Source: Microbotryum violaceum (taxonomy: Eukaryota). From it: a stretch of 64,000 nt of DNA. The stretch is taken from positions 1,054,001 to 1,118,000 of the forward strand of contig CDLV01000012.1 of assembly GCA_001244265.2 (NCBI GenBank), given 5' to 3'. Shown here one piece after another: positions 31,846-44,247 of this stretch. Every line of letters begins with the position of its first letter. Positions within the stretch are counted from its first letter, which is position 1. A program made the translations under genes and the position numbers. Under the pieces are notes generated by a model. That model did no database searches and was not told the origin of the DNA. It was given only the letters and a program-made list of their open reading frames with translations.

Positions 31846-34800
31846 ATGCAATACGTCCGTCTCTTTCGTCAAGTGTGTCGAGCTTCAGAATATTTGTTCT
31901 CATCAAGCACTCCCGGATCGCCTTTTGCTCTTGCCGCTACTCGCTTCACAAAAAGAGTCGCCTCTCTTTTCTCGCGCTTCGCAATCTGACTCAACTTGTC
32001 TCCTGTCCCTCTTTCAATCAGGCCGAGCGCGAAGCCCTCGCGGGCGGAAAGGACCTCTCGCACGTCGAGGAGACCTCCGAGCCTTCCGATGATGGTCAAA
32101 TTATCTTGAACACCGAGCTGGTGACTGTCGTTGAGATGTTGGGCGAAGTTGATGACATCATTCAATGCGCTGCGACTGCACCCTTCGATGCGGCGACGCG
32201 CTGGGCTCGTTTGGCCCCTTCTTTGAGCGACAAGGCCAGCGCTTCCAAGGTCCTCCGTGACAAGGTTGCTGCATGCTTGGATATGCTTGAGAGTTGGTTT
32301 GTGGCCGAGGATGAGACAGTCAAGCAAGCCGCTTGCGAGGCGTTGGAGGCGAGCGCCGAAGCTGAGCTTCCTGGGATCGACGCTGGAGCAGAGAGGTTCA
32401 TACCAGTGAGTGGAGCGACCGTTCACGATAACCGAGAGCGCGCCTGACTATGCAATTTCTATGCATAGCTCCTGCTCCAAGCCCTGTCGGTCTCTTCGAT
32501 CCACCAGGCGGCGCTCTCGGCCCTCGTCGCTTACGTCGACGAGTTACCCTCGCACTTCGTCGCAACCCAAGTTGGTCCCATCGTCGAATGTCTCCTACAT
32601 CATCTTTCGGTCGCACCCGCGGAAGAGGCGGAGGATTACGTGGAGGCCCTTGGCACCCTTGCTTGTGCCGTCGAGTCTGCGTTTGTGCCTGTGCTTGCTC
32701 AAGCCATTCAGCCTCTTCTTACGATCCAAGCTCGCCCAGCGTCCGAGCAACTCAGCACTCTTCGTGTGGCCGTCCAGGAGGCTCTTTCGGCATTTGTAGA
32801 GGCCTCTGGTCCCGAGGCCTTCCGACCCTTTCTTCAATCGACGCTGGCCGTCGCGACTGCGCAGGCTTCGTCAAAGCCGAGCGCGGTTTTGCAGCCCGTC
32901 AAGCCCGAGGGAGAGGGAGAGGGTGACGAGGATGATGATGCCGAATCGGACGCTATTGCTCTTCGTTGTGCCTCTTTCGACTTCTTCGGCGCGGTTGCCA
33001 AGACGTATGGCGCTGAGATTGCCGACGCGCTTCCGTCGATTTGCCCCGTGCTGCTTGAGACGATTGAAAGGGATGAAGAAGCTGAGCTGGAGGCTGCGCT
33101 TGGTACGCTTGTACTCAATCCCTCGCGCTCTTGGAGTTGAAACTGACAATGATTTCGGTGCAGATGCGGCTGAAGCAAAGGTGGACGAGGAGAAGCAAGC
33201 TGACGAGTCTCCATCATCGGCCGATGACGACGACGATGACGATGACTACGAGGATGTCAATGAAGGGGAAGATGACGACTCGGTCAGTGGTCTCATCTCA
33301 TTCGAGACCGATCAAGGCCATGCCATCTCGGCGTGCGTCGAGATCTTCTCGGCCGCCAAGCAGGCGTTTGCCCCTTACCTCGAAAGGGTTGGGGCGGCGC
33401 TTTTGAAGCACGTCAAATCCGAAGGCGACATGGACGTCGTCCTTGCGGCGGCGCAAGGTCTGCTCAAGGCGCTCGAGATCTTGCAAGAAATGTCTGGAGC
33501 AGCAAAGTGGGAGCAAGGCGCCTCCCTTGTAAGTCTTCCTACTCTATAATTTATCTCGAATTTTACCATTGACCCTTTCGCAATGCTACTTGCCGGGACA
33601 GGTTCCGTTCTGCGCCGAAGCGCAGCAGCTCGTGACCGTGGCCATGCCAAAGATACTCGAGCTCCTCGATGAAAGTGCCGAAGAGGAGTCTGACCTCGAG
33701 TGAGTGAGCAGACAAATGCCTTTTGTGTTCGAGAATGTCCACAGCTCACTCAGAATCTCTCGGGGAACCACAGCTCGCTTTTGCCCGAGATCTGCATCAG
33801 CCTCGGCGAAACGTTGGAAAAGCTTGGTCCCGCTCTCTTGACTTCTCAACGTGAGTGTGGCCGAACCGCTTCGCCGACTCGCCGCAAAGTTCCATACTGA
33901 CAGGAATGAAATGGGGTATCTAGAGGTCGAGACGCTTTGCGAGACCATCAAGATGGTCCTCGAGCAACAATCCTCAGCTGATGCCGAAGAGCACGTTAAC
34001 ACCGCCGGCGCTCGCTCACTGCTCGCGCGCATCTCCGGCAGCTCTGTGCTCGAAGATCTCGAAGCTCTCCGGGCTGTCATCAATCTCCTCGGCACGCTTC
34101 TGACCGTCTACGGACCCGCGATCACTCCTTTCGTATCGGCGAACCTGACTTTGATTTTGCGCTTTGCGAGACCGAGTAACTCCGCTTCCGAGCGCTGCAT
34201 CGCCCTAGCCTGCATCGCCGAAATCGCTTCGGGTCTTCAATCGGCAGTCACGCCATTCACGCAGCCCATTTCCGCTGCCATCGTATCGTGCTTGGAAAAG
34301 GACCAAAACTCCGCCGTCCGTACCAACGCGTTGAACGCCCTCGGCTTCCTGGTCCAAAATTCGGACGATGCGCAATTGCTCCAACAACAATCGCTCTGCG
34401 AAGCCTTGACCAAAGTTGAGGACGCGTTCAAGCGCAACGAGGTGGATCATAACGATGTGTTGGGTGATAACGCTTGTGCGCTTGTGGCGAGGATCTTACT
34501 CAAGAATGATGCGCTGCTTCCTCTGGAGCAATTGGGTCCGGTTTGGTTGGCCGCTTTGCCTATTCGAGTCGATTTTGAGGAGACGGAGACTGTCGTAAGT
34601 ACTCTAAACGAACGACATGGGATTCCGCAGAGCGTTCGCATTGATTGATAATAAGTGTAACGACAGATCACTGCCCTAGACAAGCTCATCCGCGCCGAGA
34701 ACCCTCTCATAGTCTCGCAACTCCCGCAAATCCTCTCCTACTTCGCCACCGTGCTCGACTCGACGAAATACGGCGTCTGGCCCGAAGCTCCCCTCGCTCA

Positions 34801-34909
34801 AGTCAGTCAAAAAGGTCGCGATGTCGTGGTCAAGCTTGCGCGTGATCTGGCTACGGGTCCTCAGGTCGCGGCTGTCGAATCGGCGGGCTTGGGCGCTTTC
34901 CTTCACTGA
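31846..34909 (+). CDS. HEAT/ARM-repeat protein, importin beta-4 (Kap123)-like, 5' end uncertain
   Basis: Helical HEAT-like repeats with an acidic loop, DNACALVARI and LPIRVDFEE near the C-terminus, as in importin-4/5; multi-exon. Confidence 0.65.
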
Positions 34910-35388
34910 AGATAGGGGCGTCAATCTCGGTTCTTCTGTTCCGTTTGGGCCCCTCGCATCCTTTCAATCTCATCGCGGTCCAATATTTTTAAAAATAATC
35001 GGTGCCCCTCATCATGCGTAGTGTCTCCTTGCCGACTTCTTTAACGATCGCAATCTCAATCTCACGTTTGTTTGACAGGACTGGCCGCGAGCCCCATTGG
35101 GTCCCTTGGGTTGGAGTGTCCAAATCGATCGATCGCACGTCCAAACAAAGTCATCATCAATTACAGTGGGTACAAGAAGAGGAAGAAGATGTAAAAAAAT
35201 ATTCGCAATCGTCAATGTGCAGGGGGTACAACCACAGAAGGCTGGCTTATATTACCGTATTCAGGGTGGAGGCAGAAGCTGAACGAGGGTGCATGAAGCG
35301 TCAAATTCGAAGAACGAGGACGGAAGGACCCTTACGCAGAATGCATCAGCCCAAGCACGGAAACGTTAAACGCGCTCTCCCTCTCCTT

Positions 35389-37585
35389 CTAACCCATGAC
35401 ATCCCCCTCATGTAAATCAACCTGCGAATCAACGGCCAAACCTCTTAAGACGGCTTCCTCCCTCGAATTCGAACGCGAATGCTCGGGCCTCAAAGACGAA
35501 GTCGAATCCCTTGGATCATCTGGTCCGTGCACGTCCGTGTAAACGTGTTCGATCTCGTGTTCTTTTGCGTGAAAGTCTGCTGTCGTAGGAGAGGCGCCAA
35601 TGTCCATGGCGATGGAGACGCTATCTTGTACGGGTTCACGATCTTCAATGGAGAGGAGGTCGAAGCGCGTTGGGAGGTCGAGAGCTGCTGGAGGTGGTGG
35701 GGGAGGTCGATTTTTCCTGTTCGGAGTCATTCTTCTTGATGAACGAGAGGATGAGGGTGAGGACCGTTGCGAGCGACCATCGTTCAAGTGGTCGGGGGAC
35801 TTGGATTGCGCTCGAGCGGATTTGAAAGGTATTGTTGAAGACGAGGTCGACGACCCGGGTTCATCGGGTAGAGAGGCGTTTTCTCCTTCATCATTGAAGG
35901 AAACGCTTTTGATCGGTGACGGAGGTGAGAGCACGACCTCGACGGGCGGTGGTGACAAGGCGTTGTTGCCATTCGTCGTCGGCGAACTCGCTCGCACGGT
36001 CGTGCTCGATTCTGGCCCGGCCTCTGGTGTGTCTGGAACGATGATTGCCAACGGCGGTTTGCCCTTGGTCGATTGAGCATCCGTGGACGAGGTGTTGCGC
36101 GACCCAACTCCGAGCGAGCGCCATTTCCGACGACTGCGTTCGGCAATGAGCCCTATCAGACCACCCGGAACGATTGCTATCAACCGACGATATTCCGATC
36201 GCAAAACCCTGTAAGAATCACACGTCAGAGCATCAGGTGGCATAATTTACGAACGACAGATTTTCAACGAGCACTTACCAATTCCTAGCTTCACTTCCGA
36301 CCCCTCCCGAATCCTCAGCTTCTTCACCATACGAATGTCCCTCGAGGTACCCTCGATCGCCTATCCCATCACCTTCATCCCACCCATCATCACTCCTGGG
36401 CGATTGATCCCCGCTGCCCTGCTCGACATCACTGTTCGGTTTGCGCCACCCATTCGCCTTGGTATTCGAATTGCCTCGCCCAGAAGGATGATCCAAGACT
36501 GCGAATTCACCCCTTTCGACATCCTCGACGAAAGCGGCCAAAAACCTCGCCCATCCTCCACTTCCGTCACCGGGGAACAGCACGACTTTTTGATCAATTT
36601 CGCGACCAAATGCGATGACTTGACCGGGTTGCCCATACCCTCTCGCAGCAAGACCCGGTACTCGCGAAGTTGATGCCGTCGACGAGCGTGGTGGTGGTGG
36701 TGGTGGATCCAGATCAACGCCAATGTAGTTCCCGCATCGGTCGGTCAACAGTGGTAACCAACCCGGATGCGAGTACCTCGATCGTACCCAGCCATTCGGG
36801 AACGAGCTCATCCCTGCATCCGCACGACCTTCCTCCCTCCCGCTGAACGGCCTGGCATCCGGATTTTCCTCGACGTACGGGTGTTCCCGCCCGCGGCCTT
36901 GCGAGACGTTGGAAGGATCGTCCTTGAAGGTGCCAAAGCTATCGGCATGGCTCAATCCACCGGCAGCTTCGAGTTGGCGCCAGGCTTTCCACTCCCTCTC
37001 GACCTCCTCGAGCGGCATCCATCGCAAGCCCCAAATCAGACCATCCGACATGCCACCGAGTGCAAAAGGGTCTTGTCCGTCGTGCAACGTGTACGCTTCA
37101 ATGACGGCTGGCGGAAGACGATATGGCGCAATCAGCTGAAGGAGGGAAACAAGTTGTGGGTCCGTCGCTGCGACGATGGGGTCTGCGAGCGAGTCGAGCA
37201 ATGCCGGTGATCGATCGGCGAGGAGATCCTCCAGATGGCGGAAGGTCCGTCGCAAGGGTGGATCGCGACTTTTGGTGGAAGAAGGTTGCGAGAAGGAGGG
37301 CAAAGGGGGATATGAGGCTTGAGGGTCGTTCGACACAGGCCGCCCTTCGACAAAGTGATCGCGAGAACCCAATATGAATGGGCCTCTGAGCACGGGAGTT
37401 ACACCATCGTACGGCTCGCTGCCGGGCTCGGATGTGTCGCCGAACGCTACATCGTCGTAGTCGGCGTCGGCGGACCAGATCGACGCTGGGTCGGGGCGTG
37501 ATGACGACGAGCGGTGCGATGGAAGCGTTGACGAGGTCGACGCACCCTTCTTGCTGCCATTCCACAAGAACGAAAACATATCCAA
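35389..37585 (-). CDS. SMI1: Cell wall assembly regulator Smi1/Knr4
   Basis: AYTLHDGQD, GLIWGLRWMPLEEV, YSHPGWLPLLTDRCGNYIGVDLDP and GQVIAFGREID; one intron. Confidence 0.92.
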
Positions 37586-38181
37586 GTGAAGAGATGGATA
37601 TGGACTCGTTCTCGATGGACTCCCGACCGAATGAACTGTGAGGGTGGGAGATGCAGCGTGCGTTCAGCGAAGGAAATCATTAGAAGGCCCGACCCGAGTG
37701 GTGCGCTGTCGAGCTCTTGGATCGTCCACGTCCGCATAAGGCCCAATACAGTAGTGGATGTGGGCGACCAAGATTACAATGTATCCGCGAGCACTCTCAC
37801 GCTGCCCTCTGAGGCTCTGGAGTCCGGGGAGCGTGAAGCTTGGAGAGCCATCTCGACGCGAGCTTGCTCAACTGTCGACTCACGTGGAGGGTCCGAGTCG
37901 GATCGGGGCTGGGTGGAATTGGGATCCCCCGCAGCACGTTCGTTCTAATCAAGGGTGTGGGCTTCGATATAAGCGAATGAAATGCGCAACACGCGTTGAT
38001 ATCAACACGGTTGGAGAGGCAAGGACGACGCCGAACTGCGCTGGTTTCGACCGACGTGTGCTGTGAACAGGCCGCCTGCAACAAAACCGAGCGATGTCCC
38101 TCCCTTATACTGGCTGGCAGCTAGTTCACACTCCAGAACCCACTTGGCGGCGGCGCTGGAAAGCGATGACGCGTGCGGGGC

Positions 38182-38219
38182 TGGTGGGCTGTTCGTGCGA
38201 TGGTGGGCTGTTCGTGCGA
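38182..38219. repeat. 19-bp perfect tandem duplication (TGGTGGGCTGTTCGTGCGA x2)
   Basis: Seen directly. Confidence 0.85.
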
Positions 38220-39217
38220 TAACTTCGGATCTTTATAATGCCTGGAGCAGCCATCTTCTGGCGTCGTTCTTCCGGCACCTTCTCGCGCCAGGCGGGGGTG
38301 CGAGCCAGGGGCCACGACCAAGAGAAAGCGGTCGGGTGCCTCCCCACACGGGAGCGCATCCGTATCCACGCCAACTGTCCCCATTGCAGCACGTCACCAC
38401 CTCCCCCGCGACCCACGTGCCCGTTCAGAGCTGCAGCGCGTGCACGAAAACCATCGAACGAGCCACGGTCACGACGATCAATGGGAAGAGCACGTCCGAC
38501 TCACCAGTTCTGACCGATTCGGGGGCGCTGCGACGAGATGTTAACGCTTTAAATTGACCGAACCTGGGCGCTTTGCCGGTTCGATCACACGCAGCCGTGT
38601 TCAGCTCGTCCACGTCGTCGGCTTTCGGCAATCGTAAGCACCACCAATGTGCCCCCACACGAAGGAACTTATCCTACTGCCAGGACGGTTAGGTCGGAGA
38701 TCGGTCGTCAAAAGCTCTCAACCGAGCTGCGGACTGCGGTCGGATGGGAAGGCGCTCCGTCAGAAAGGTTCAATAAGCGTCCTGTGCTCAAGTTGCACCG
38801 CCAGCGCCCCATCTTTTTCCGCCGCGCCTTGCGACTTCGTTTTCTCGCGCGTCTAGATCTGTTCGGGTAGTCTGTAGCCACAGCCTGCCACAGCACGTGA
38901 CCAACGCACACACGCGCGTGCGGTCCAAGCGCAATCCTTGTAGTTTTCGCGCTCGTACTGGCTCGTAGATGTTGGCCGCGCGCATGAATAGGCTGTTCAA
39001 CCCATCTCGTCTCTTCCCTCCCTTCCATGCACTTGCATGGCCTACACCAACTTCACCACTCCAACACCATGACGCCAAACCCCCGCCTTGACCCAGCAAT
39101 GTCGTACAACTGTTCCCGCCGCCAAATTCTCCAACTGGCTGGCGAGCTAACGTGTGCCATCAATTGGCAACGCCACTAGAGCAAAGAGCTACAAGAGCTA
39201 AGCCAGTCGAGTAGGTT

Positions 39218-39729
39218 CTAGGATTCACGCGCAAACAGGTTCGTCTGAGGCCCGAAAGTCAGGAAGCTCGAGTCCTCTTCGACCGAGATGACGACATTGG
39301 ACGCCATGCTCGTATGAATAGTGTGGCGCAGAGTGAGTGTGATGTCACGAGGGAGTTGGGGTGAACGGGGTCCTCAGGGCGGTAGTAAAGAAACCGCCGG
39401 CCGGCTTGTTGCCATCCTCGCCCTTTCTGTCGTGGTATAGTTGCAGCGCCAACATGACGAGGGGTTCGAGTACTCGGATACGCAGGTCGTGCACAGTGAC
39501 GGTACACTCGGGCGAGTCCGTACAGAATAGTCGGACTCCGCACATACTCGACAGGCGTCCGGTCAAGTCTCTCAGCACGGGTTCCACCAAGTCACGCTGA
39601 CCCAGGAAGTCGACGGCCGAGCGCTCAAGTCGCTGCTCGAGGGAGGCATCACGCATCGCTGTGAGTGGGAGCTGAGACGAGGCAGGTAGGGGTAATCCCT
39701 GGTACGGAATGCCGATCGCACGGTAGCTG
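39218..39729 (-). pseudogene. Truncated, frameshifted paralog of the N-terminal REase-like domain of the 52-54.6 kb gene
   Basis: SYRAIGIPYQGLPLPASSQLPL, RLFCTDSPECTVTVHDLRIRVLEPL and VVISVEEDSSFLTFGPQTNLFARE* align with ~54010-54517, across different frames. Confidence 0.85.
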
Positions 39730-40684
39730 CTGTACTGACGTTCGAATGACTATAGGACTCGTCACCGGTGCGTGCGACTGCTTTTGCCACCGGCCTTCCG
39801 GATTCTCATCGGGGCTATGTCGGCATCCTCAGTCGCCACCCAGTCCGCTTTCCGAATTTTATTCTCACTGCGACGTTCAAAACTCGAGTCAGAAGGGCTG
39901 CATTCTCGGTTTGCCTGCTTCCTTATCAGGTGGGCAACAAGACACGTCTTCGAGTTGAAGCCTGCCGAGCGAGTTGATACTGAGTAGGTAAGAATCCAGA
40001 TGGACTGCAGTGGGTCACCGTAGACGGTGCACAGCGGTCACATCGAGGGTCTGAGGGAGCGATACGATTTCAATGTCGAGTGTTGAACGGTACAGAATAG
40101 CGGTTCAAGAGAGTCGAGGTGAACGGCGGTAGGGCGTCGAAGTCTTTCCTCTCTTCCCGGGCACGAGTACGCAGCCGAGGTTCAGACACATGTGAGGCAG
40201 TAGGCGTGAGTCCAATCGTCTAATAAGCAAGGTCTGGCTATCTGAGTTGCTAATAGAAATATCTGAATCGTCAGTCTCAACAGAACGCTTGACCCAGCTT
40301 GCCGCCGCGACCCGAAAAATCTTCTTGGCAACTCTACTCACTGTCGACAAATTCACATTCGACTCATGCGTCGGACGGGCTGTGCGGTATCCCAATGCAT
40401 TTCTGAAATCCTGAAATCTTGGGGCTTGATTGTAAAATTGCAACATATTTCCTTGAATTTGATAGTTGTCACCATGCGGGTGCTGAAAATGAGGGAGGCA
40501 GCTTTGCCAAAGTGACTTGCATGCCGTTGGGCCTGCCGAATTTTGCTTCCCTCTCCGTCGAGTCTAACCTCTGACGCCTGACTTATCGAGTAGACAGTGT
40601 GGTGAGCTCCTCGCAGACTGAAGGTGAGCCGAGGTCGATGTAAGCTGGCGCCTGGCTAAGGCTTTGCCGCTGGTGACATCGACT

Positions 40685-41799
40685 CTAACCCTCGGGTTCC
40701 AGCTTGGGCTTCTTCTTCAGTCCCGAAAGTGGGGACTAAAGTTGAGGGTCTCAAGATTCCAGTCGATCAAGCACAACGAGCCGTCGCGGCGTCGCACGAT
40801 GTTGCGAAGCTTACGGTCCGAATGATCGATTCCATACTTCTCGAACAGTTTGTATGCGTCGCTATGGAGGACCATATCACACGCATCAGTGACCTGTAAA
40901 AGTAGGACAGTATAGCCCCCCCCCCCCCCCTTTCCGTGAGAGCTTACCCTATCTGTTGCTGAAGTTCTTTGTCCGATCTCTCAGCGGAGGGGATCGGATT
41001 GCCGGCGTAACCCATGACCAAAGCGAGCATTCGACCTCTGCTTGATCGATAGGTTCCATAATAGTGCGGGAGAAATGCGCGGGTTTCCTTCGGGAGTAGA
41101 GGGAACACCGTTTCATAGAAAATCGATTCTCGTATCCCCGCTTCCGTGTGGACGTCGTCATCGAACAGCTTGATCACCACTGGCTGGTCGGTCGGGATCA
41201 AGGTCCGTCGCGTCTCCCCGTCCGAGGTCTTGTCGTTGCCGGCGGGCACCCCGACTATGAGTTGGCCAGCGGTCACAGAAGCGAATCCACCTTTTCCCAG
41301 AAGTTGGACCGCTTGCAACCTGGGCAGGGAATCGACTTTGACCTTTCTCGACATGGGGGTACGACGGGCCTTCAAGGCCGGACGAGCCGAAGCGTGGTCG
41401 AAGACGATCACGAGGTGGATTCGTCCGGCCATCGCCGCGACGATGCGATCCGCCTCTGCAAGAACTGAGCCGACGAACCGTTGCGTTTGTTTTTGTCGCG
41501 AGGTGCCGCTCCGAGCGGCCGAGAACCACTCGGAGGAGAACAGCGTCGAGCCGTCGAGAATCACGACTAGTAGACAGCCGGATGTGTGTGTGGTGGGGGG
41601 GAGGGGGAAGGGGCAGAGAGAGGGTGTTCATCGGTGGGTGGAGCATTGCACCAGCAGCGACGGTGGCTTCGGACTCACCATCGACGGTGCCTACCAGCGA
41701 AACCAACGCCTGTCGCACATCCTGATGCTGACCCAAAAGGGCTTCCGGAACGGTGAGGAGTTCCTGGTCGAGCAGTTTGTGTGCGTGTGCGATCGTTAT
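40685..41799 (-). pseudogene. Chimeric gene: PIN/XPG-N-like fragment fused to a minimal protein kinase; ATA at the expected start position
   Basis: N-terminus (I)TIAHAHKLL..VVILDGSTLF..LVIVFDHASARPALK, then kinase LGKGGFASV, VVIKLF, HSDRKLRNIV and CLIDWN; two GT-AG introns. Confidence 0.7.
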
Positions 41800-43230
41800 G
41801 GTCGGTGAGAGATTGAAAGATGAGGGAGTGAGAGGGTAGTACCCGAGATGTTCGTCGCGTCAGACGTGAAAAGGTTGCGCGTGAGCGCGCTCCTGGCTCA
41901 TCAGTCGATCTTCTGACCCCTCAAAATGACTCCAAGCCATGGACGGGCAACACAAGTAATGGGTCGTTCGGACCCAGAGTAGTACGAGAAGATGCGTTAA
42001 AATACGAGTGTCATTTTTCAATCATCAAGAGCACTGCTTTGCTCATTGTTGCTGCTACAAATCAGGTCGACTTGGTGACCTCGGGTGACCGAGGGGTCTC
42101 CTTTTCGGAAGACCGCAGCGCCGAGGGAGCTGCGATGCCGAGCGGCGGCGGCGCGGGTTAGCGTCATTGGCACGGAAGAAGCAAGCTCGTAGAACTTGAT
42201 CTCGAGTCGCTTGATAAGCGCCAAGCCTGGCCTCAGGGCGAGTATAAAAGCGCCCCCCCCCTCTCACCTCTCTCTCTCTCTTTCCTTCTTCTTCGTTGAT
42301 GAGTACCTCTCACATGGCTCCTCCACCACTGGGCCGAAACCGACTAGCGCATCGACGCAGCACCGAGGCGGTAGGTGGTGGAAGTCGGCAGTAGTGTACC
42401 ATCAGCCACCGTGAGTTCACCTCCCCCACTCGTCGCAAGTATGTACCACCGTCGCTAACTTGGGCACTGCCCTCCTCTGGTCTTGACTCGGATCGTCACC
42501 AGCCTCCGATCTCGCTCTTGATCGAAGAGGGGCCCACGGCAGTCCTGGTCATCTTGCGAGGTAAAAAGTTTGGGAGAGGTTTTTAGTTATCATTGTATCG
42601 GGTCAGTTCCGCTTGTGGCCACCTCCGAGCATGCACTGCCACCGCCAGCGCAGCTGCGGCATCATCGGCCGGACCCGACCTCGTACGACAGACTTGGGCT
42701 GACCTTGCAGCTCGATTGTTTTACTCCGTCGTCGACACCGCTTGGTTTACCGCCTGCTGTACCTTCGCTTTCTTCCGGCACGTCTCCGGTTAAGCCGTCC
42801 CAAGCGCACAACGTGCACGTGAAGCACTCTCGCAAGCACGAGCTTCGCTGGGCTAATCAAGACTGGCCCGCCACCGCGTTCGACTCCCACGAGGCAGCGG
42901 AGATGGGTGATTTTCTTCTCAAGAGGAGGGGGGAGGAAGAACTTTCGAGGCCGTGCACAAGGAGGCAACCAGGAAGACACCCCGCACGAAGGAAGCGAAG
43001 GCGGCACTGGTGGAAAGCCTTCTGGCTTGGTTCAAGGAGTCGAAACTCTCATCAGAGGAGAAGGGGAGAAAGGAGGGACGAAGAAGGGGACGGAAAAGCG
43101 GGGGTGTGGGGAACATTGGCTGAAAACGATAGGTGGTTTGGTACGTGTGGTATAGTGCTTTTCCGACACCATAGCGCGTGTCTCGAACATAATAAGATCA
43201 GAGGTACTGACCCCTGACGTTGCACACTTT

Positions 43231-43418
43231 TGCGCGACATAAGGGAGGGACTCTAACAGAAGCATTCTTCAAGCTCCTTGACGTCACCTCATGCAAGTCA
43301 CTCAAGACCACCGCGACCAGAATGGACCTCAGAAGATTCGATTGCTTCCTAGTTGCACGAGGTGACGTCAAGGAGCTTTAAGAATGCTTCTGTTAGAGTC
43401 CCTCCCTTATGTCGCGCA
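43231..43418. repeat. 66-bp inverted repeat (2 mismatches) with 56-nt loop
   Basis: 43231-43296 is the reverse complement of 43353-43418. Confidence 0.95.
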
Positions 43419-43427
43419 TGTATAGGC

Positions 43428-43886
43428 GACGTCAAGCATGATTCCAAACCCCAACCGATCACGAAACAACGCTTTGACGTTGGTCAACAACTGTACGAGC
43501 TTGTTGTGTGGTACCTTATTCTTCTTGATCGTCTTCGAAAGGTGAGTGAGTCGTTTTAGTATCGTCCATTCCATTGCGAGTACTCCATCCGCGAAGGACG
43601 GGTGCTGTGCCAGCAGCGCGATGGCCACTAGAAGGCAATCAAATTTCCTGACGTCGATGTTGGTCGCGGTGGTCTTGAGTGACTTGCACGAGATGACGTC
43701 AACGTCAAACATGATTCCAAACCCCAACCGATCACGAAACATCGCTCGCTTTGACGTTGGTCAACAAACTGTACGAGCTTCTTGTGGGGTGCCGATTCGA
43801 CCTTGAAAGGTAGGTGAGCTGTTTTAAAACCGTCCATTCCATTGCGAGTACCCCATCCGCGAAGGACAGGTGCTGTGCCGGCCGCG
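43428..43886. repeat. Diverged ~190-bp direct repeat pair
   Basis: 43428-43620 vs ~43702-43886 share e.g. ATGATTCCAAACCCCAACCGATCACGAAACA and GTCCATTCCATTGCGAGTAC. Confidence 0.92.
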
Positions 43887-43887
43887 A

Positions 43888-44247
43888 CACATGTCAGCAC
43901 ATGTGCAGACACTTGATTGTAGGTCAATACATGACGAAATCGTATCATTTCGATGTCGCAGGACAAATACATAAGTATCCCTAGATTGAAGCTGCAAGAA
44001 GAACTTGCGCTACAAGTCTCTCATGTACGGACATGTGTCGTGGGCCAAGTGCGGACCGCAGACCGCCATGTGCGGACATTTGACCGACACATGTATGAGG
44101 CTGCGGTCCGCACATGAGAATTTCAAACCATAAATCTTGCAGCGCAAATGGTATCATGTTCTTCTAGCAGCCCCAACCTAGGAATACTTATGTATTTGTC
44201 CTACGACATCGGGATTGACCCATAAACAAGTGTCCGCACCGACATGT
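43888..44247. repeat. Degenerate fold-back element (~140-bp arms), MITE-like
   Basis: 43888-44032 vs the reverse complement of 44106-44247, e.g. AGGACAAATACATAAGTAT / ATACTTATGTATTTGTCCT; internal GCGGAC/GTCCGC subrepeats. Confidence 0.85.

Noticed and set aside
40684..40695. CTAACCCT as a telomerase template or telomeric seed
   Set aside because: It is a single short match coinciding with the kinase 3' end and is expected by chance.
42870..42895. GTTCGACTCC as a tRNA T-arm/B-box
   Set aside because: There is no T-stem pairing or cloverleaf. The same applies to GGTTCGAATC on - near 27675.
43050..43115. Purine tract followed by TGTGGGG as PPT + LTR start
   Set aside because: No second LTR, primer-binding site or gag/pol remnants were recognised.
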